Shown here: in pieces, positions 25,329 through 32,000 of the stretch
How positions within the stretch are numbered: position 1 is the stretch's first letter
Layout of the letters: each line of letters opens with the position of its first letter
Origin: Alkalilimnicola ehrlichii MLHE-1
GTDB lineage: Bacteria > Pseudomonadota > Gammaproteobacteria > Nitrococcales > Halorhodospiraceae
Direction: 5' to 3'
Assembly (NCBI RefSeq): GCF_000014785.1
Contig: NC_008340.1
Span: 240,001-272,000 of the forward strand
Length of the DNA: 32,000 bases
Position numbers and translations under genes: made by a program
The notes under the pieces: model-generated
Database searches by the model: none
What the model saw: only the letters and a program-made list of their open reading frames with translations
Told to the model about the DNA's origin: nothing

Positions 25329-26521
25329 AGGACGTGACGCGGGTGGAGGTCGCCGTCGTGGGCGGTGGCATGGTAGGCGCCGCGCTGGCGGCCCTGCTGG
25401 GCGACCAGGGGGTGCGGGTGGCGGTGCTGGAGGCGCAGCCACCGCAGCCCTTCGACCCGGCGCAGCCGCTCGACCTGCGGGTCTCGGCCATCAACGCCCA
25501 CTCGGAGGCGGTCTACCGGGCCGCCGGTGCCTGGGAGGGGATGCTCGCCCGGCGCGGCTGCCCCTACGACGAGGTACGGGTCTGGGACCAGGGCAGCACG
25601 GCGGTGACCCACTTCCACGCCCGCGACGTCGGTGCGCAGCAACTGGGGTGGTTCCTGGAGAACCGCATCATGCAGCTGGCGTTGCTGGACCGGTTGCAGG
25701 CGTTGCCGTCGGTGGAATGGCTTTGCCCGGCGCGGCCGGTGGCCCTGGAGCCCGAGCCCGATGCCCTGGGGCTGCGCCTGGAGGACGGGCGCCTGATCCG
25801 CGCCGATCTGGTGGTGGGGGCGGACGGCGCGCGCTCAGCGGTGCGGGCCATGGCGGGCATTGACGTGCAGGTGCACGACTACGGCCAGCACGCCCTGCTG
25901 ATCAACGTGCGCACGATGCTGCCTCACCAGAGCGTGACCTGGCAGCGTTTCACCCCGGCCGGCCCCCAGGCCTTCCTGCCGCTGCCGGGGCCGCACGCCT
26001 GCCTGGTCTGGTACGACGATCCCCAGGCCACCGGAATCCGCCTTGGGCTCGACGACGAGACCCTGCGTGGCGAGTTGGAGGCGGAGTTCCCGGAGGAGTT
26101 GGGCAGCCTGGAGGCGGTCCTGGCGCGAGGCGCCTTTCCCCTGCGCCGGACCCATGCCCAGAGCTACCGTGCGCATCGCATCGCGCTGGTTGGAGACGCG
26201 GCACATACCATTCACCCCCTGGCCGGTCAGGGGGTGAACCTGGGGCTGCAGGACGCCGAGGCGCTGGCCGGCCTGTTGTTGGAGGCCCACGCCGCCGGCC
26301 GTCCGCTGCACGGGGCGGGCCTGCTGGCGCGCTACGAGGCCCGCCGGCGGCCAGCCAACCTGATGATGATGCACGGCATGGACCTCTTCAAGGAGGTCTT
26401 CTGCAACGAAAATGAGCTGCTCCGGAGGCTGCGCCGCGCGGGCCTGTGGCTGGCGGATCACGCCGGTCCGGCCAAGGCGGTGGTGGCCCGGTACGCTGAG
26501 GGCGGGCGGCCCCCTCGGTGA
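25325..26521 (+). CDS. UbiH/UbiF/UbiI-family FAD-dependent ubiquinone-biosynthesis hydroxylase
   Basis: 398 aa. Motifs seen: VAVVGGGMVGAALAALL, GADGARSAVR, GDAAHTIHPLAGQGVNLG. Confidence 0.88.
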   Translation: MKDVTRVEVAVVGGGMVGAALAALLGDQGVRVAVLEAQPPQPFDPAQPLDLRVSAINAHSEAVYRAAGAWEGMLARRGCPYDEVRVWDQGSTAVTHFHARDVGAQQLGWFLENRIMQLALLDRLQALPSVEWLCPARPVALEPEPDALGLRLEDGRLIRADLVVGADGARSAVRAMAGIDVQVHDYGQHALLINVRTMLPHQSVTWQRFTPAGPQAFLPLPGPHACLVWYDDPQATGIRLGLDDETLRGELEAEFPEELGSLEAVLARGAFPLRRTHAQSYRAHRIALVGDAAHTIHPLAGQGVNLGLQDAEALAGLLLEAHAAGRPLHGAGLLARYEARRRPANLMMMHGMDLFKEVFCNENELLRRLRRAGLWLADHAGPAKAVVARYAEGGRPPR

Positions 26522-26589
26522 CCCTGACGCGCTGACGACTCGCCCCGCTGGCGGCGCCGTCGGCCGCGCAGACCGGCCTATGAAGTGCA

Positions 26590-26626
26590 GGCTCACGCCT
26601 CCTGGGAGGCGTGAGCCTTTGCTGTT
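26590..26626 (+). terminator. rho-independent terminator
   Basis: ggctcacgcctcc-tg-ggaggcgtgagcc (13-bp stem) is followed by tttgctgtt. Confidence 0.6.
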
Positions 26627-26657
26627 ATGAACCCGTTAAAAATGGAGGATTATCCGC

Positions 26658-27050
26658 ATGAAACAGTCGCTGTTCCAGGAGAAATACCCCATCTTCACCC
26701 TGGAGGTGGAGAAGGCCGAGACCACCTATCAGAGCGTGGATGACATCCTGGTCTACCTTAAGGAGCAGATCGAGGCCCACCCCAAGTGCCGCTTCATCGC
26801 GGAGTTTGACCACTTCAGCCACACCCGTGCCCTGCCGGATGCGGAGATCGCCCCGGAGATCAAGGACGCGAAGAACATCGTCTTCTGTTTCGGCATCAAG
26901 CTCCCGAACCCCCAGGTGATGGCGGTGCGCCCCCGCTCCATGGGCGTCACCGAGTTGGATGACCGGTTTGTGATTGCCTTCATGGAGGCCCCCATGCCGG
27001 TGGCCAACGACGCCATGGAGCGTTGGGCGAAGGGGGTCCGCAACCGCTGA
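26658..27050 (+). CDS. conserved hypothetical cytoplasmic protein (no family name recognised)
   Basis: 130 aa. SD GGAGG lies 8-9 nt upstream. Composition is clean and non-repetitive, with lower GC than its neighbours. Confidence 0.6.
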   Translation: MKQSLFQEKYPIFTLEVEKAETTYQSVDDILVYLKEQIEAHPKCRFIAEFDHFSHTRALPDAEIAPEIKDAKNIVFCFGIKLPNPQVMAVRPRSMGVTELDDRFVIAFMEAPMPVANDAMERWAKGVRNR

Positions 27051-27061
27051 CCGGACCAAGC

Positions 27062-27094
27062 AGAGGGCAGGGCCGTGCCGGCGCGCTGCCCTCT
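27062..27094. terminator. hairpin between convergent genes (AGAGGGCAG-N15-CTGCCCTCT)
   Basis: Seen directly in the sequence. U-tract is weak. Confidence 0.3.
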
Positions 27095-27141
27095 TGGGTG
27101 CCGGCCAGCGGCGCGGGTGTGCGCCGGGTCGGCGCGTTGGT

Positions 27142-27813
27142 TTAACGCCCCTCCTGGAAGGCCTCCTGCTCCAGCTTCATGAATTCCACCAGGGCGGCCA
27201 GCTCCTCCGAGTCCCAGTCCAAGGGCTCGGCGGCCATGGGTGAGACCATGCAGATCTGCACCATCTCGTCCAAGTGCACCTCGTTGAGGCCGAAATCCCG
27301 CTGGGCCATCTCCACGTGGTGGGGAAAGGGTTGGGCGAAGGTATCGGCATAACCGGCACCCTCCATGTGGCAACTGGCGCAGGCCAGGTTGTTGGTGGAC
27401 AGCTCCCGGTTATAGAACAGGTCCTCGCCCAGGGCGGCCAGTGCCTCAGGGTCGCCCTCGAAGGGCTGATAATCGGCGGGTCGTGTCACGGCGTCGCGCA
27501 GTGCCTCCCCGGCCTCGGCCTCTCCTTCGCCCTCTGCCTCGGCTTCACCCTCGGCCTCGGCTTCACCCTCGGCCTCACCCTCGGCTTCGGCTTCGGCTTC
27601 GCCCTCTGCGCGGGCCTCGGCTTCCGCCTCGCCCTCTGCGACGGGGATAAGGTACGCGGCACTGGGTGATGAGCCAGGCTCAACCGGTTGCGCGGCCATC
27701 ACGCCGGCCGAACTGTAGGCGGCCAATGCGATCAGCGGGGCCGAGGCAATGGCCCCGTAAGACAAGTTTCGAAGCAGGCGTTGTCGCTTGGCGTCGTTCT
27801 GCTCCATTTTCAT
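27142..27813 (-). CDS. exported monoheme cytochrome c (CCP/MauG-like heme domain) with N-terminal leader and poly(GEAE) acidic linker
   Basis: Start at MKMEQNDAKRQRLL (ATG 27813, SD GAGGAGGA; the track start at 27840 is TTG). It has LGEDLFYNRELSTNNLACASCH, and 46 aa of E/A/G repeat. 223 aa. Confidence 0.7.
   Translation of the reverse strand: MKMEQNDAKRQRLLRNLSYGAIASAPLIALAAYSSAGVMAAQPVEPGSSPSAAYLIPVAEGEAEAEARAEGEAEAEAEGEAEGEAEAEGEAEAEGEGEAEAGEALRDAVTRPADYQPFEGDPEALAALGEDLFYNRELSTNNLACASCHMEGAGYADTFAQPFPHHVEMAQRDFGLNEVHLDEMVQICMVSPMAAEPLDWDSEELAALVEFMKLEQEAFQEGR
27502..27639 (-). repeat. in-frame degenerate tandem repeat encoding (G/A)-E-A-E units
   Basis: Encodes AEGEAEAEARAEGEAEAEAEGEAEGEAEAEGEAEAEGEGEAEAGEA. 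It includes an exact 18-bp duplication, ggcttcaccctcggcctc x2. Synonymous codons otherwise vary. Confidence 0.8.
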
Positions 27814-27856
27814 AGGTTTCCTCCTCTGATGATCCGGCAATCGTGTTGCCTGGGGG

Positions 27857-29518
27857 TCACGCGGTTCCTTTCATGGCGGCCTCCTCACTGGGGTGGTGTT
27901 TGGGGGTGACTGGGTGAAAGGTGTCCGGCGACGCCCTGGGCCAGTACTCACGGAATACTGCCGGGTAGGCGGGGGCGCCGGACAGCAGCGCGTTCTTTTC
28001 AACGAAGGGGTAGAGTTCCGCGAAGCTCCGGACCTCGGTGCCGGACAGGCGCCGGTAGATATGGTCGGGTGTGAGCTGGTCGAGGTGGCTCAGGCCAGCG
28101 GCGGCCAGCAGGCTGCCGAGCGCCTCCACGGTCCCTGCGTGGAAGTTGCGTACTCGCAGCGCCTTGTCGCCCACGTGCAAGCCGCGGCTGCGCCGCCGGT
28201 CCTGGGTGGCCACCCCGCTGGGGCAGCGGTCGGTATGACAGCTCAGGGACTGGATGCAGCCGAGCGCGAACATGAAGCCACGGGCGGCATTGCACCAGTC
28301 CGCGCCCAGCGCCAGGGTGCGCGCGACCTTGAAGCCGCTGGTCAGTTTGCCGGCGGCCCCCAGGCGGATGTGGTCACGCAGGCCGGTGCCCACCAGGGTG
28401 TTGTGGACCAGCAGCAGGGCCTCGTCCAGCGGCATGCCCAGTCGGTTGATCGACTCCAGGGGCGCGGCACCGGTGCCTCCCTCACCGCCGTCCACGACAA
28501 TGAAATCCGGTCGCTCGTCGCTTGCCTGCATGGCCTTGGCCAGGGCGAACCACTCCCAGGGGTGGCCGATGGCCAGCTTGAAGCCCACCGGCTTGCCGCC
28601 GGAGAGTTCACGCAGTTGCCCGATGAACTGCATCAGCTCCCGGGGCGTGGAAAAGGCGGAATGGCGTGGCGGGGAGATCACGTCCTCACCCTCGGGCACG
28701 CCGCGGGCCGCAGCGATTTCCGGACTCACCTTGGCGGCGGGCAGGATGCCGCCATGCCCGGGTTTCGCGCCCTGGGAGAGCTTGATCTCAATCATGCGGA
28801 CGCTGTCCAGGCCGGCCGTCTCCGCGAAGCGTTCGGGGCTGAAGCTGCCATCCGGGGTCCGGCAGCCGAAATAACCGGAACCGATCTCCCAGACCAGGTC
28901 TCCGCCGTGTTCCAGGTGGTACCGGGAGATGCCTCCCTCGCCGGTGTCCTGATAGAAGCCGCCCAGCCGCGCGCCCTTGTTGAGGGCCAGGATGGCATTG
29001 GCGGAAAGGGCGCCGAAGCTCATGGCAGAGATGTTGAAGACGCTGGCCGAATAGGGTTGTTGGCAGCGACCGCCGATCTCCACTCGGTAGGCCGAGGGAT
29101 CAACGGCTACCGGTTGGACGGAATGGCTGACCCATTCGTAACCGTCGCCGTAGAGGTTCAGCAGGGAGCCAAAGGGGCGCTTGTCCAGTTGGTTCTTGGC
29201 CCGCTGGTAGACCACTGAGCGCTGTTCCCGGGAGAAGGGTCGCTCGTCGGTGTCCGATTCGATGAAGTACTGCCGGATTTCCGGGCCGATACCTTCCAGG
29301 CAGTAGCGCAAGTGAGCGATGACCGGGTAGTTGCGGCTGATGGTGCGGCGGGGCTGGAGCAGATCCCAGGTGCCCAGCAATGAGAGGCCGCCGAAGAGGG
29401 CCACGCCCCACCCCCAGGTGGCGCTGACCTGCAGGCACAGCAGCGAGATCACGAAGGCCGCGATACAGATCAGGTACGGGACATACCGCCCCGGCACTGG
29501 CCATAGCGTCTTGGACAT
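27857..29518 (-). CDS. FMN-binding glutamate synthase family protein (GltB FMN-domain homologue, N-terminal membrane anchor)
   Basis: Start at MSKTLWPVPG (ATG 29518, SD GGGGAG; the track start at 29557 is TTG). It has 2 N-terminal TM helices. Motifs seen: RNYPVIAHLRYCLEGIGPEIRQYF and VVDGGEGGTGAAP. Confidence 0.85.
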   Translation of the reverse strand: MSKTLWPVPGRYVPYLICIAAFVISLLCLQVSATWGWGVALFGGLSLLGTWDLLQPRRTISRNYPVIAHLRYCLEGIGPEIRQYFIESDTDERPFSREQRSVVYQRAKNQLDKRPFGSLLNLYGDGYEWVSHSVQPVAVDPSAYRVEIGGRCQQPYSASVFNISAMSFGALSANAILALNKGARLGGFYQDTGEGGISRYHLEHGGDLVWEIGSGYFGCRTPDGSFSPERFAETAGLDSVRMIEIKLSQGAKPGHGGILPAAKVSPEIAAARGVPEGEDVISPPRHSAFSTPRELMQFIGQLRELSGGKPVGFKLAIGHPWEWFALAKAMQASDERPDFIVVDGGEGGTGAAPLESINRLGMPLDEALLLVHNTLVGTGLRDHIRLGAAGKLTSGFKVARTLALGADWCNAARGFMFALGCIQSLSCHTDRCPSGVATQDRRRSRGLHVGDKALRVRNFHAGTVEALGSLLAAAGLSHLDQLTPDHIYRRLSGTEVRSFAELYPFVEKNALLSGAPAYPAVFREYWPRASPDTFHPVTPKHHPSEEAAMKGTA

Positions 29519-29553
29519 GGCGTGCTCCCCGGATCGGGTGGCCACCGACCGGG

Positions 29554-30135
29554 TCAACCGGCGGCGGCGTGAGCGGTGGTCCGTTCGCCGGCCCGCCAGT
29601 AACGCAGGGTCGACGGTGCCACCCCGAACGCCTCATCGGTCCGCAGACCGGCCTGCTCCGCCAGCATGGCGATCAGGGCCATGTGGTGGACCGTGTGGCT
29701 GAGCAGAAACATCAGTTCCCGCTGCAGGCTGGACGGAGTCCAGGTCCGTTGCGGGCCCGCCGACGTGTCGCAGACACAGGCGACCTGTACCGGGGTGTCC
29801 GGTGGCAGCGGGCCGATCTCCCGAGCCAGCCGATCGTCGAGTTCGGCCAACGCACGGAGGGCTTGCTCCGGGTCCTGCTCCAGGGCCTGATCGCGGGCCC
29901 GGCTGTCGTAATCCATTGCCCCCCAGGCGCCGGCGAGCAGGGACTGGACATGCTCCAGGATATGCCGGACCTGCCGCCCGATGCCGTTGCCGCCGTAAGG
30001 CCCGCTGCAAGCCCGGTAGCGCGCGGTGTCCAGGTCGCCGACCAGGTTGGCCAGTTGCCGGAGAAAATGGCGGTTATCGTCCACCAGGCTGACGGTGACG
30101 GGATGACCGTTCCTACATGCTTGTTGATACCCCAT
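29554..30135 (-). CDS. DinB-fold (DinB_2-like) metal-dependent protein
   Basis: Start at MGYQQACRNG (ATG 30135; the track start at 30189 is TTG). His triad candidates RHILEHV and LSHTVHHMA. 193 aa. Confidence 0.65.
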   Translation of the reverse strand: MGYQQACRNGHPVTVSLVDDNRHFLRQLANLVGDLDTARYRACSGPYGGNGIGRQVRHILEHVQSLLAGAWGAMDYDSRARDQALEQDPEQALRALAELDDRLAREIGPLPPDTPVQVACVCDTSAGPQRTWTPSSLQRELMFLLSHTVHHMALIAMLAEQAGLRTDEAFGVAPSTLRYWRAGERTTAHAAAG

Positions 30136-30283
30136 GACTTCATCCTTTGGCTGGGCAGGCGACCCGGCGGGGCCGCGTCGTGTCGGCAACCCCCGGGGCC
30201 GGTGTCATCGCCTGCGCTGCAATGGGATTGACCTCCTTCTGCCCGGGCGGACGGGGGTCACAGGCGAATGGGGCGGGGCGGCT

Positions 30284-30595
30284 TCAGTAGCCGCCCTCAC
30301 CCTCGGCCTCGCCTTCCGCTTCTCCTTCGGCCTCACCTTCCGCCTCACCTTCCGCTTCGCCCTCGGCCTCGGCCTCCGCCTCACCGGCGGCTTCCGCCTC
30401 GCCGACCGCGGCCTCGGCTTCGCCCTCGCCCTCCGCGGCGGCCATCATCTGATAGCCGCTATCGGCCACCGCGTCCGACATGACGGCGTGAATGCCGGCG
30501 CCACCGCCGACAATCGCCAGAACGGGGACGGTGTAGGCGACACTGCGCGACAAGGTGCGCAGCAGTTGCTGACGGACTGTCTTTTCCTCACTCAT
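30284..30595 (-). CDS. small exported poly(Gly-Glu-Ala-Glu) protein, paralogous to the N-terminal part of the cytochrome at 27142..27813
   Basis: Start at MSEEKTVRQQLLRTLSRSVAYTVPVLAIVGGGAG (ATG 30595, SD AGGAGG). The C-terminal 51 aa are almost only G/E/A and end in GGY. 103 aa. Confidence 0.6.
   Translation of the reverse strand: MSEEKTVRQQLLRTLSRSVAYTVPVLAIVGGGAGIHAVMSDAVADSGYQMMAAAEGEGEAEAAVGEAEAAGEAEAEAEGEAEGEAEGEAEGEAEGEAEGEGGY
30290..30442 (-). repeat. in-frame degenerate 12-bp tandem repeat encoding (GEAE)n
   Basis: Encodes AAAEGEGEAEAAVGEAEAAGEAEAEAEGEAEGEAEGEAEGEAEGEAEGEGG. Confidence 0.8.
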
Positions 30596-30694
30596 ATTGC
30601 CTCCTGTCACTCGGTTGCGGACCCACCCGCATTTTCGAAGATCATGACGACCTTCCTGGGTTCAGAATGACCCGGGAGTCCCCCGGGGAAGGGA

Positions 30695-31120
30695 TCACGC
30701 ATCGTTTCCTTTTGCTAACAAGTAAAGGGCCACGAATAGCAGGCTGACCTGGAACATCATGCCGCCCATCGGGTGGGTCGCCGTTGGCAGAAAGTGCCAC
30801 TGGCCCCAATGCGCCATGAAAATAGCGCCCAGAAGGACCGGCACGGTGGCCAGCGCACCCAGCCGCGTCACCCAGCCGTTGGTGAAGGCACCTACAACCA
30901 CCAGGATGCCGGCGCTGATCTCCGCCAGCGCCACCAGCAGTGCGATGACCAGGGGGAGACCCATCATCTCCGCCCAGGGGCCGATGCCCGCGCCCAGGAA
31001 TTTGTCGACACCCATGTAGGTGAAGACAGAGAAGATCACCGCCCGGAGTAACCAATGGGCATGGCGCTCCACCGTCTGCAGTTCTGTGTTGGCCGTCGAA
31101 ATTCCGGTTGTCATAAGCAT
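30695..31120 (-). CDS. DoxX family membrane protein
   Basis: Start at MLMTTGIST (ATG 31120, SD GAGGGTGG). 141 aa with 4 TM helices. GVDKFLG is typical of DoxX. Confidence 0.8.
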   Translation of the reverse strand: MLMTTGISTANTELQTVERHAHWLLRAVIFSVFTYMGVDKFLGAGIGPWAEMMGLPLVIALLVALAEISAGILVVVGAFTNGWVTRLGALATVPVLLGAIFMAHWGQWHFLPTATHPMGGMMFQVSLLFVALYLLAKGNDA

Positions 31121-31169
31121 CTGTTGCCACCCTCTGTTGTTGGCTAAGAAAACGCTGAAGGGCCGCCTT

Positions 31170-31249
31170 TCGTCATTGCGATTGCCGCGACGTGTTGCCC
31201 GTAGTGGGGCGAATGGATTGCTTCGTCGCTTCGCTCCTCGCAATGACGA
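31170..31249. repeat. hairpin-forming repeat containing the widespread cgtcattgcga / tcgcaatgacg motif
   Basis: A 12-bp perfect inverted repeat, tcgtcattgcga (31170-31181) / tcgcaatgacga (31238-31249). The interior ggattgcttcgtcgcttcgctcctcgcaatgacg translates to the pseudo-peptide DCFVASLLAMT. Confidence 0.4.
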
Positions 31250-31349
31250 GGTGTGGGAGCCCTTAACGTCCGATCCTTGATGCCTACAATAGAGGTGTGG
31301 GTCAGCGCCCGGTATCCGTAATAACACGCACTGCCGGGTGCACGGTTAA

Positions 31350-32000
31350 CTAGTTCGCTACTTTCTCCTTCCTCCCTTCCGGGTTGATCTCGCGCAGAAC
31401 GTCGTTCGCCGCACGGAGGGCGAGGTAGAGGTCGTCCCGATGCCCCACTGCGTAGACGGGTCGACCGGCCACCCAGTCGGCAAACTGTGACAGCGTTCGG
31501 CCATCCAGCCCGGTACCATCGTGGCGGGCCGTCTCCGGCAGCAGGTGGCCCAAGGCCTCGCGCAGGCCCAGCTGGCGGGCGATGCCCTGATCCCCGCTCG
31601 CGTCGTCGGGGGCGGCAATAAGGATCGCGGCCACCTCAACGGCATCGCGCGCCGGCGTGCCGGTCGCCGGCACCAGGTGGCCACGCTGGCCGAACCACCA
31701 AAGATGGGCAGTGGCGTCCGGCCCGTCGGGCTTTTCACCGGGCCGTGGGGTTGGCGCCGGCGTCGATGATCGTGGCTGGCGGAGCGGCAGCCCGAGGGAG
31801 CGGGCCCGGCCGCTGCCTTCCAGCGCAATGGCCGCGCCGCCGCTGGCGGTCTGGCCGTTCTCCCGGGCCAGGGCGAGGGCCAGGGCATCATCGCCGGTTG
31901 TATCGCCGCGGCAGACCAGCAGGGCGGCACCGGGATGGGACGGGCCGGCCGGGACCAGGGCGCCGGTGATCGCAATCTCCCCGACGTCGGGGGTGCGCCG
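31350..32000 (-). CDS. hypothetical protein, C-terminal 216 aa (ORF open to the right edge)
   Basis: The frame of track ORF 31350..31673 (whose start is really an internal GTG) stays open up to 32000. It reads RRTPDVGEIAITGALVPAGPSHPGAALLVCRGDTTGDDALALALARENGQ...HLWWFGQRGHLVPATG. Third positions are G/C-rich. No family recognised. Confidence 0.5.
   Translation of the reverse strand, partial: RRTPDVGEIAITGALVPAGPSHPGAALLVCRGDTTGDDALALALARENGQTASGGAAIALEGSGRARSLGLPLRQPRSSTPAPTPRPGEKPDGPDATAHLWWFGQRGHLVPATGTPARDAVEVAAILIAAPDDASGDQGIARQLGLREALGHLLPETARHDGTGLDGRTLSQFADWVAGRPVYAVGHRDDLYLALRAANDVLREINPEGRKEKVAN

Noticed and set aside
30136-30237. Strong SD (GAAGGAGGT, minus strand at 30229-30237) between the small acidic gene and dinB. 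It is followed after 7 nt by ATT and an in-frame 27-codon ORF (ATT at 30223-30221, then AAQAMTPAPGVADTTRPRRVACPAKG, stop).
   Set aside because: There is no canonical start codon at the right distance. The first ATG is 22 nt from the SD. The peptide has no distinctive features. It is probably a fortuitous purine run and is worth checking only with ribosome profiling.
27502-30442. The two GC-rich periodic tracts as non-coding tandem repeats or a CRISPR-like array
   Set aside because: Both tracts are in frame inside ORFs with good SD sequences and shared leaders. The units are 6-18 bp and degenerate, with no spacers. The periodicity is a multiple of three.
1-32000. tRNA, rRNA, transposase, integrase, phage, toxin-antitoxin or defence-system genes
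   Set aside because: None were recognised on either strand. Every ORF longer than about 100 aa that is not a shadow has a metabolic, regulatory or envelope assignment, or is listed above as hypothetical.

Overview
This is a GC-rich proteobacterial chromosomal window, with third codon positions almost all G/C and many shadow ORFs on the opposite strand. Gene content suggests a haloalkaliphilic gammaproteobacterium of the Ectothiorhodospiraceae type (Alkalilimnicola/Halorhodospira-like); that is inference only.

The centrepiece is a complete arx-type anaerobic arsenite oxidase locus at 4.5-15.5 kb. On the minus strand lie arxB2-arxA-arxB-arxC-(palindromic insert)-arxD. The regulator genes arxX-arxS-arxR are transcribed divergently on the plus strand. 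The intergenic region between the two operons holds a recognisable sigma54 -24/-12 promoter and two GTTACC-N4-GGTAAC palindromes. Downstream of arxD, and tightly packed with it, are an undescribed membrane-tethered CXXCH protein and a SlyD-type PPIase.

The most novel-looking region is a five-gene minus-strand operon at 27.1-31.1 kb. It encodes DoxX, a small secreted poly(Gly-Glu-Ala-Glu) protein, a DinB-fold protein, a membrane-anchored FMN-binding GltS-like oxidoreductase, and a CCP-like monoheme cytochrome c. The cytochrome carries the same N-terminal leader and acidic repeat as the small protein.

The rest is housekeeping:
- cupin and TetR genes, each behind a copy of the same operator
- lptM-lysA, a carboxylesterase, tal-apaG-apaH and ampD
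- a DUF255 thioredoxin-domain protein
- nsrR/nnrS with an NsrR-like box
- a COG0523 GTPase, an FmdB zinc ribbon and an outer-membrane beta-barrel
- DUF2788 and a UbiH-family hydroxylase

I saw no tRNA, rRNA, CRISPR array, transposase or integrase. All product calls rest on motifs I can read in the translations. No similarity search was possible.
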